Assembly: GCA_030674455.1 (NCBI GenBank)
Contig: JAUSGQ010000035.1
Span: 1-61,653 of the forward strand
Source of the DNA: a bacterium
Lineage (GTDB): Bacteria > Patescibacteriota > Minisyncoccia > Phycocordibacterales > UBA2100
Reading direction: 5' to 3'
DNA length: 61,653 nt
This document shows, one piece after another, positions 55,319 to 61,653 of this stretch. The stretch's first letter is position 1. Each line of letters opens with the position of its first letter. The translations under genes and the position numbers were made by a program. Below the pieces are notes generated by a model. The model was not told the DNA's origin. It made no database searches and saw nothing but the letters and a program-made list of their open reading frames with translations.

Positions 55319-56488
55319 TCAGGCACTTTTCTTGTTTGCGAGGGACTCAAGGTTTTCAACGAATTGCCGTGATACAACGTCCGCGTCAAAAACGCGCACG
55401 CGCTCTACAGCTCTTTTCGCGTACGCATTGCGTTCATTGGGATTGTTGAAGAAAAACAGAATGCATTTCACGAGGCCCGCGATGTCTTCTTTTGGGAACG
55501 TCATACCGGCATCTCCCGCGACCCACGCAGGGGCGGTATTCTCGGTCGAGATTATTGGTAGACCGCAACCAAGCGCGTCCGCTACTACTCTTGAGAATGG
55601 GTCAGGCCAGCGGGAAGGATGGACGAATACATGCGCGTTTTTGTAGAAGCCGAGCAGTTCTTCTCGGCTTTTCCATCCGTGCAGGAAGACTCGTTCGGTG
55701 AGGCCGTTATCTCGGATAAAATCTTTCAATCGTTCCTCCTCGTTTCCGCGTCCGATTATGTGTATGTGAATGGCATTCGGCAATTGGAGAGCCGCTTTGA
55801 CAATCAGGTCGGGTCCCTTATCCGCTATTAAGCGCCCAGCGAATATCACACGGAACGATTTTGTGTCATTGCCGAACGGCGTAGGCGCTTCTTTGTTCGT
55901 TACTCGCTCTATTGGAGCGGGAAGGACAATGGATGAACGCGCCCTGTATCCGAATCGCTCAAAACATTCTTTTATAGTTGGCGAGTCAAAGAAAAGAAGG
56001 TCAACGCTTCGCATGAGCGGGATGCCGATAAGCTTTTGCCACAGGTACCATTTGATTGTGTGGATGCGATGGCGCGCGCGACCAAATAGGCGTGTAAGAA
56101 TATTTCCTGAAAAGGGGGGGGGACTAGTGAAACCCATGCCAGGCGCGTAATTGTTAATGCTTGCTACTACCGGAGCCGTTCCTCCTCTTTGCTTGTATAT
56201 TCCTCCAGCCCACATCACAGTCGGCCCGTAGAGGTGGTGGATGTCGGCGTCCGCGTTCTCGCTCATCATCTTTGCAATGTGCCGCTGGAGTGCCAGAAAG
56301 CCGCCGCTGAAATTTTCCTCGCGCATCTCGCAAGGTTTTTGCGCGTAGTTGTTATCGTCGGAGGAAAAAGTAGTTAGTATTGGAATATGACCTTGCGTGA
56401 TAAGCGCGCGAATAAAAATCTCTAGCGAATGATGCGAGCCCCCGCCGGAAACCGTGTTGTATCTCAACGTGTAAATATAGACTCGCAT
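55319..56488 (-). CDS. glycosyltransferase family 4
   Basis: FAGRL..DKG, HPSRWPDPFSRVVADALGCGLP. Confidence 0.88.
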   Translation of the reverse strand: MRVYIYTLRYNTVSGGGSHHSLEIFIRALITQGHIPILTTFSSDDNNYAQKPCEMREENFSGGFLALQRHIAKMMSENADADIHHLYGPTVMWAGGIYKQRGGTAPVVASINNYAPGMGFTSPPPFSGNILTRLFGRARHRIHTIKWYLWQKLIGIPLMRSVDLLFFDSPTIKECFERFGYRARSSIVLPAPIERVTNKEAPTPFGNDTKSFRVIFAGRLIADKGPDLIVKAALQLPNAIHIHIIGRGNEEERLKDFIRDNGLTERVFLHGWKSREELLGFYKNAHVFVHPSRWPDPFSRVVADALGCGLPIISTENTAPAWVAGDAGMTFPKEDIAGLVKCILFFFNNPNERNAYAKRAVERVRVFDADVVSRQFVENLESLANKKSA

Positions 56489-56623
56489 ACCCGCACACTA
56501 AGTGTGCCTTAATTTTATGCCGAGGCAATTCCAGATGCACCAAAGCTTTTCTCCCATTATTGCAAGGTCATGCATAGCGACTGGGTTCATAATAAGAGGC
56601 GAAGGCATACTTAGTGTGCGGGT
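56489..56623 (-). mobile_element. MITE-like element family C (135 bp, 22-bp TIR) abutting a GT4 start codon
   Basis: ACCCGCACACTAAGTGTGCCTT...AAGGCATACTTAGTGTGCGGGT (1 mismatch); no clear TSD. Confidence 0.65.
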
Positions 56624-56760
56624 GGGTGGGTTTAGCGTTCATAAATCCACGGCATCTCTGATAGGATTCGGCATGACAACATGGCTTGAATACTTGATTA
56701 TAGGGATGAAAGAAGCTAGTATCACACTGTACTGTTGCCCCCGAGTCCCCTCAATGTAGC

Positions 56761-58506
56761 ATGCCCTCACATCCTAACAAATTCACGAATGTGGTACGTC
56801 TCCTCATATCAGCGTTTGGGTCGTATTACAAGCATCTCATCGTAATCCTAGTTCTCGGCTTTTTTGCGAGCCTTCTTGAAGGGCTTGGAATCAGCGCGGT
56901 AATCCCGCTTTTTTCATTCGTGACCGGAGGCGGAGGATTTACGGCCGACACGGTCACGCAAGTATTTTCAACAATCTTTGGGTTCTTCGGATTACCCTAC
57001 ACCTTCCGATACTTGCTCTTTTTCGTAGGCGTTTTGTTTGTCGTAAGAATTGTATCGCTGTTCGCGATTCAGAATGTAACCGCCCGCATTGTACTTGGAT
57101 ATGAGCGCGACACGCGCAAGCGCATGTTTAATGCGACGGTACAGAGCCGCTGGCCGTTTCTGTCAATGCAAAAAGTCGGGCATTTAGACCAGCTTCTCAT
57201 AACTAATACAGCCATCACCGCCGGTTTTTTCGGAATATTTTCTACGGCTATCCTCATTATCACGAAAACGATTGCGTACATCGTTATTGCACTAAACATT
57301 TCGCATATCATCGCGCTCTTGAGCATTGCTGTTGGTGCCGTGCTTTTTTTCGTACTTCAGCCTCTTTTCCGCATAAACAAAAGATCTTCAACAGAAGCCG
57401 AACGGCTGAATCGTTCACTCGCGCATTTTGTAAGCCAGCACATTTTGGGAATGAAATCTGTAAAATCAGCCGGCGTGGAACCCCCCGTGTCTCTTGAGGC
57501 CTTGTCATATTTTGACAATATACGAAAAATGCATGTGAATATCGTGACGATACGAGGATTTTTGGAAATGGGCATCCAATTTGCCGGACTCGCGTTTGTC
57601 GCCGGCGTGTTTACGTACATGTACAGAATGCCGGGGTTCAACTTCGCGTCGTTTGCTGTCATCGTATACGCGGTGAATCAGATTTTTACACAGATACAAA
57701 CGGCGCAAATTCAACTTCACGCGCTTTCCGAGATGCTCCCGTATCTCTCGCGGGTGCGCGCGTACCAGAACGATGCTGAAGCGAATGCCGAACCTATGGG
57801 AGGCACTGATTCTGCCGCCATCGCGGAAGGAATAGAGTTCCGGAATGTCTCGTTCTCGTATCCCAAACGGGGGGAGGTTTTGGGCGATGTGTCCTTCTCT
57901 GTAAAGCAGGGACAGATTGCCGTAATTGTGGGTCCGTCAGGCGTTGGCAAATCCACTATCGCAGATTTATTATTGCGTCTCATAGAGCCGACCTCCGGTA
58001 CCGTCCTTGTGGACAACAAAGATGTTCGCACGGTCTCTGTTGTGAAGTGGCGCAAAACTCTGGGTTACATACCGCAGGACCCTTTTCTTCTTAATGATTC
58101 AATCCGCAACAACATCGCTTTTTACAATCCATCAATGACGGACGATATGATTAGCGATGCCGCGAAGCGTGCGAATATCAACGAATTCATAGAATCGTTA
58201 CCAGAAAAATATGACACGCATATAGGTGATCGTGGCGTTCTTGTCTCCGGCGGTCAGAGGCAGAGAATTGTCTTGGCACGGCTCCTCGCGCGGAATCCGA
58301 AAGTTCTGATACTGGATGAAGCAACAAGCGCCTTGGACCCAGAATCCGAGCGCGCCATCATTCGATCAATCGAAAATCTGCGAGGGAAAGTTACCGTTTT
58401 CATCATCGCGCATGGCGGGGAGATGCATGCCTCGGCTGATATCACGATCAAGCTTTCAAATGAGCGTGTTGCCTCAGTAACAGAGACCTCTTCTGTACGT
58501 GGATAA
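56761..58506 (+). CDS. ABC transporter, fused TMD-NBD (PglK/MsbA-like flippase)
   Basis: LEGLGIS..IP N-terminus, six TM helices, GPSGVGKST, VSGGQRQR, LILDEATSALD. Confidence 0.9.
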   Translation: MPSHPNKFTNVVRLLISAFGSYYKHLIVILVLGFFASLLEGLGISAVIPLFSFVTGGGGFTADTVTQVFSTIFGFFGLPYTFRYLLFFVGVLFVVRIVSLFAIQNVTARIVLGYERDTRKRMFNATVQSRWPFLSMQKVGHLDQLLITNTAITAGFFGIFSTAILIITKTIAYIVIALNISHIIALLSIAVGAVLFFVLQPLFRINKRSSTEAERLNRSLAHFVSQHILGMKSVKSAGVEPPVSLEALSYFDNIRKMHVNIVTIRGFLEMGIQFAGLAFVAGVFTYMYRMPGFNFASFAVIVYAVNQIFTQIQTAQIQLHALSEMLPYLSRVRAYQNDAEANAEPMGGTDSAAIAEGIEFRNVSFSYPKRGEVLGDVSFSVKQGQIAVIVGPSGVGKSTIADLLLRLIEPTSGTVLVDNKDVRTVSVVKWRKTLGYIPQDPFLLNDSIRNNIAFYNPSMTDDMISDAAKRANINEFIESLPEKYDTHIGDRGVLVSGGQRQRIVLARLLARNPKVLILDEATSALDPESERAIIRSIENLRGKVTVFIIAHGGEMHASADITIKLSNERVASVTETSSVRG

Positions 58507-58508
58507 CT

Positions 58509-59930
58509 ATGCGGCTCTTCCTAATCAATTTGGGGGGTAAGCGGCGCCGCCAGATAGATGCGGCGCGAGAACTGCAAAAGAAACACACAATACAGTATTG
58601 GACCCGTAATGACACTCATTTCCTAATGGACGAAAGCGAGTTCCCCGGCACGGTCTTTCACGTGTATCGAGATGCACTGCAAGGCATACCTGCAAAAAAT
58701 ATTGATGCCGCCAGTTTTGAACCGTGGAGTGCCGAGGATATCGCAGAATACGCTGAAACAGAATGTGAGTTTATAACCATGGCCGATAAGTGGTATCCGG
58801 ATTGGTCTGTCAACCGGCGTAAGGATTTGTATTACGACATGCTCCGATATTGGGGAGGAGTGCTGGATAAGTTCAGGCCCGACTGCATCATTCTGCTCGG
58901 GGTTCCGCACGAAATGTTTACCTTTGTGTTGTATCGGATAGCCAAGCATCGTGGAATACGAACAATCATCCTTGATAACACTGTATTGGATACTGACCGC
59001 TACGTCTTGATAGATGACTACACGGTCGGAAATACAACTCTCGCGAAGGCGAGAGAAAGCGATCGGCTCGTTACCATTGATGATCTATCGCCTGACATGC
59101 GCGACTATTATCTGCGGCGTTCACAATCCGAGAACCCGCTTCCTCCGTATATGCAAGAATTTAAGAAAGACCATACTCTGTGGCAAAGTGTGCGCCGCTT
59201 CATCCGCGTATCTATTGCATTCGTAAAAGACGGTACAATCGTCGAGCGTGGAGTATTGAAATTGCTAAAGATGTTTAAATCGAGTCTCAAGGACGAGCAT
59301 CATTCGAACGAGCGTCTGGCAGATTTCGGAAAACCGTATGTATATTTCCCGCTCCAGTATCAACCAGAACTTACGACATCTCCTTTAGGCGGCGTGTACG
59401 TCGACCAGTTGCTCGCGATAAAAACGGTCGCCGCCGCGTTGCCGGAAGGATGGGAACTCTATGTGAAAGAGCACCCTGCTCAAATCGGTGTCCATGGAGG
59501 GAACACGACACCGGCCCGCTATACCGGCTTCTATAAATCTATTGCCGAGATTCCTCATACACGCCTCGTTCCTGTTGCTACAAATACATTTAAGCTGATG
59601 GATAATGCACAAACAACTTCTGCTCTGACAGGTACGGCGGCATGGGAGAGTGTCCTGCGTGGCAAACCCGCGGTAGTATTCGGGTACCCGTGGTTCATGA
59701 ATGCGCCGGGTATAATTCGGGTTGGGAGCGCGGAGGATTGCCGAAAGACATACGAGAAAATCGCACATGGATTTAAGCCGCAGGAAGCCGATACGCTTCG
59801 ATATTTGCAGGCTGTAGACGAAGTTAGCGTTAAGGAACATCTCTATACAAACGCTCCTGACAGGGAAGGAGAGGGGCTCGCAATGTACCGAGCGATAGAG
59901 GGTGCCCTCAACATAAAACCAAATAAATAA
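58509..59930 (+). CDS. capsule polysaccharide biosynthesis protein (KpsS/KpsC-like)
   Basis: YVYFPLQYQPE, LYVKEHP, TGTAAWES..RGKP..VFG.PW. Confidence 0.78.
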   Translation: MRLFLINLGGKRRRQIDAARELQKKHTIQYWTRNDTHFLMDESEFPGTVFHVYRDALQGIPAKNIDAASFEPWSAEDIAEYAETECEFITMADKWYPDWSVNRRKDLYYDMLRYWGGVLDKFRPDCIILLGVPHEMFTFVLYRIAKHRGIRTIILDNTVLDTDRYVLIDDYTVGNTTLAKARESDRLVTIDDLSPDMRDYYLRRSQSENPLPPYMQEFKKDHTLWQSVRRFIRVSIAFVKDGTIVERGVLKLLKMFKSSLKDEHHSNERLADFGKPYVYFPLQYQPELTTSPLGGVYVDQLLAIKTVAAALPEGWELYVKEHPAQIGVHGGNTTPARYTGFYKSIAEIPHTRLVPVATNTFKLMDNAQTTSALTGTAAWESVLRGKPAVVFGYPWFMNAPGIIRVGSAEDCRKTYEKIAHGFKPQEADTLRYLQAVDEVSVKEHLYTNAPDREGEGLAMYRAIEGALNIKPNK

Positions 59931-59932
59931 CC

Positions 59933-60655
59933 ATGACTAAAAAAAGCCCGCTCTCTCGGCGCGACATCCAGTCCTTTACGCAAGAAATCGGGAAGTACGG
60001 TCTTCCGCCGAGGAAAAAAGATTATTACGGAATAATTTATAGGATTCTCGAGAAAAATAACATAAAGTCAGTGTTGGATATTGGAACAGCATCTGGCGAT
60101 TTCTTGTATTTTATGCCGGAGACAATTAAAGGACTGGGAATAGATAAGAGCAAAGACTTGATTAAAATAGCAAAGGACACCCGCAAGAAAAAGAATCTTA
60201 AATTTGAATGCGCCGACATTCTTTCGGATAAATTTGATAAGAAATACGAATGCATAACCATACTCGGAACTCTGCTGACTTTTTTAGATTTTCGTCCAGC
60301 GCTTGAAGCTTGTTTTAATTTGCACCCGAAGCTTATCATTATCAATGATTTTTTTAATACAGATGGAATTGATATACAACTTGGCTTTCGGTATGCCAAC
60401 AAACCAAAAAACGCATATCAATTTGCCTACAATATTGTTTCGTTAGCCACAATGAAAAGTTTTCTTGAAGAAAAATCTGCGCAATTCTCGTTTGAGGAAT
60501 ATAAACTTAAGACAAGACTACATAGAGATGAGGCACATCCGATGTACAATTACCACGCTGAATTAAATGGGGAGACAATTATTACCAATGGTATGGGCTT
60601 AATCCTTCGGGGCTATAACTTAATAATAATTCCCAAAGGGAATTATGGAGTATAA
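59933..60655 (+). CDS. class I SAM-dependent methyltransferase
   Basis: SVLDIGTASG, GIDKS..LI..A; visibly AT-rich. Confidence 0.85.
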   Translation: MTKKSPLSRRDIQSFTQEIGKYGLPPRKKDYYGIIYRILEKNNIKSVLDIGTASGDFLYFMPETIKGLGIDKSKDLIKIAKDTRKKKNLKFECADILSDKFDKKYECITILGTLLTFLDFRPALEACFNLHPKLIIINDFFNTDGIDIQLGFRYANKPKNAYQFAYNIVSLATMKSFLEEKSAQFSFEEYKLKTRLHRDEAHPMYNYHAELNGETIITNGMGLILRGYNLIIIPKGNYGV

Positions 60656-60683
60656 TCAGACCATTAGTAAATAATTAAACTAT

Positions 60684-61370
60684 ATGGATTATCTAGAAAA
60701 GAATAAGGATTTTTGGGATAGTGGATGCCCTGCGGAGAATCCCGAAAGCCATGTATTCAGAACATACGGCCGTATTCTAAAACCCGAACTTGGTATTACA
60801 GGAGAAAAACATGAGAAACTTCTTGACTTTGCCTGCGGAGAAGGAGCTAACATGCTGTTCTTCAAGAAAAAAGGCCTCGATGTGTACGGGGTAGAGATTT
60901 CAGAATCTAATTTAAAGAAGTGCCGCGAAAAGATGTCCGACATCGCAGACCATTTTCAGATGATTGACCCCAAGCCGTCGAAAGGTGATATGTGGTATGG
61001 GGGGGGTTTTGATGTCGTCATAGGAAATCATGCTTTTTATTACTACAACGACACAGATCTGGAAATCCGATTAGAAACAATATATAACATGCTCAAACCT
61101 GGCGGGATAATTTACGCCACTATGATGGGTACGAAAATGACGCAGTTCTACGATAACTCTAAGGAAGTCGGGGATGGATTGAGCGTGGTGAACTTCAAGC
61201 ACTCGCGTTTTGAGATTAAGGATTACTATATGAACTTTATGGAGTCGGAGCAGGATTTATTACATCACTTCAAACTATTCAAGAAATTACATCTCGGCTG
61301 GTATGCGGATAAGTATAGAGAGGATGAGAAAGAAAATTTCCACTATAACTTTGTTGGGATAAAAGAATGA
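60684..61370 (+). CDS. class I SAM-dependent methyltransferase
   Basis: LLDFACGEG, YGVEIS, FDVVI, MLKPGG. Confidence 0.88.
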   Translation: MDYLEKNKDFWDSGCPAENPESHVFRTYGRILKPELGITGEKHEKLLDFACGEGANMLFFKKKGLDVYGVEISESNLKKCREKMSDIADHFQMIDPKPSKGDMWYGGGFDVVIGNHAFYYYNDTDLEIRLETIYNMLKPGGIIYATMMGTKMTQFYDNSKEVGDGLSVVNFKHSRFEIKDYYMNFMESEQDLLHHFKLFKKLHLGWYADKYREDEKENFHYNFVGIKE

Positions 61371-61436
61371 TAAGTGTTGTGTGTGAGTGTGTGGCGCAGA
61401 CTTTATGTCCGTGATAGGATTTATTTTCATATGAAT

Positions 61437-61636
61437 CCCATTAGAAGCCATCTTTCGGGAGCAGATATAGGATCGAGGTAGTAAAACAGAAATCAACATT
61501 ACTTATGCAGAAAAAAGCCTGCCCGCCAAAGCCAGAGCGATGCAAGTTATACTTAAAATAAATGTTATGTATTTACTAACTAATCAAGTCAGTAACCATC
61601 GCAACTTTAGGCGATGGCAGGCGGGCTTCTAACGGG
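61437..61636 (+). mobile_element. MITE-like element family B copy 2 (200 bp, TSD ATGAAT) before a probable start codon at 61637
   Basis: ATGAAT|CCCATTAGAAGCC...GGCTTCTAACGGG|ATGAAT; nested GCCTGCCCGCCA/TGGCAGGCGGGC stem. Confidence 0.78.
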
Positions 61637-61653
61637 ATGAATTACGACACGAC

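Noticed and set aside
56502-56759. 85-aa plus-strand ORF
   Set aside because: Spans the inverted-repeat element and the divergent promoter region; no protein features.
61287-61499. 70-aa minus-strand ORF and short MISVV ORF at 61367
   Set aside because: They overlap the methyltransferase end and the MITE; no coding evidence.
1-61653. Diversity-generating retroelement, retron, prophage or alternative genetic code
   Set aside because: No reverse transcriptase, template/variable repeat pair or phage structural genes seen. Genes with full-length motifs end at TGA, which argues against code 25.

Overview
A 61.7 kb bacterial chromosomal segment using genetic code 11 (TGA serves as a stop). Gene content, near-absence of Shine-Dalgarno motifs and the repeat landscape suggest Patescibacteria/CPR, probably Parcubacteria (inference). 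Bases 1-3.7 kb look like the end of an integrated mobilizable element: a partial VirD4/TraD-like ATPase missed by the ORF track, a hypothetical gene and a Replic_Relax relaxase with a candidate oriT. Bases 3.8-17 kb hold backbone genes: PduO-type adenosyltransferase, DUF2914, tRNA-His, DUF2127, SIMPL, archaeal-type PEP carboxylase, ArsR-like HTH, rsmI, pyrD, a glycoside hydrolase-like protein, a second VirD4-like ATPase and a PKD surface protein. Bases 17-61.6 kb are a large mosaic surface-glycan locus: many GT4s, rmlA/rmlB/fdtA, a Gtr-like trio, candidates for all ADP-heptose steps, a TPP-dependent E1 alpha/beta pair, a DdhC/ColD-like dehydrase, a carbamoyltransferase, a PglK-like ABC flippase, a KpsS-like protein and methyltransferases. 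It is interrupted by a PaaX/Cas2-like gene and a lipase island. The most unusual signal is non-coding. (1) MITE-like CCCG...CGGG elements of 120-200 bp, most with 4-6 bp target duplications, sit at gene junctions, supply stop codons and duplicate or abut start codons. (2) Short palindromes sit in frame inside proteins. (3) Two small DNA-binding or nuclease-like genes are each bracketed by their own palindromic direct repeats. (4) Two hairpins share a covarying core with an inverted internal segment. All product calls come from motif recognition by eye; no database searches were run.
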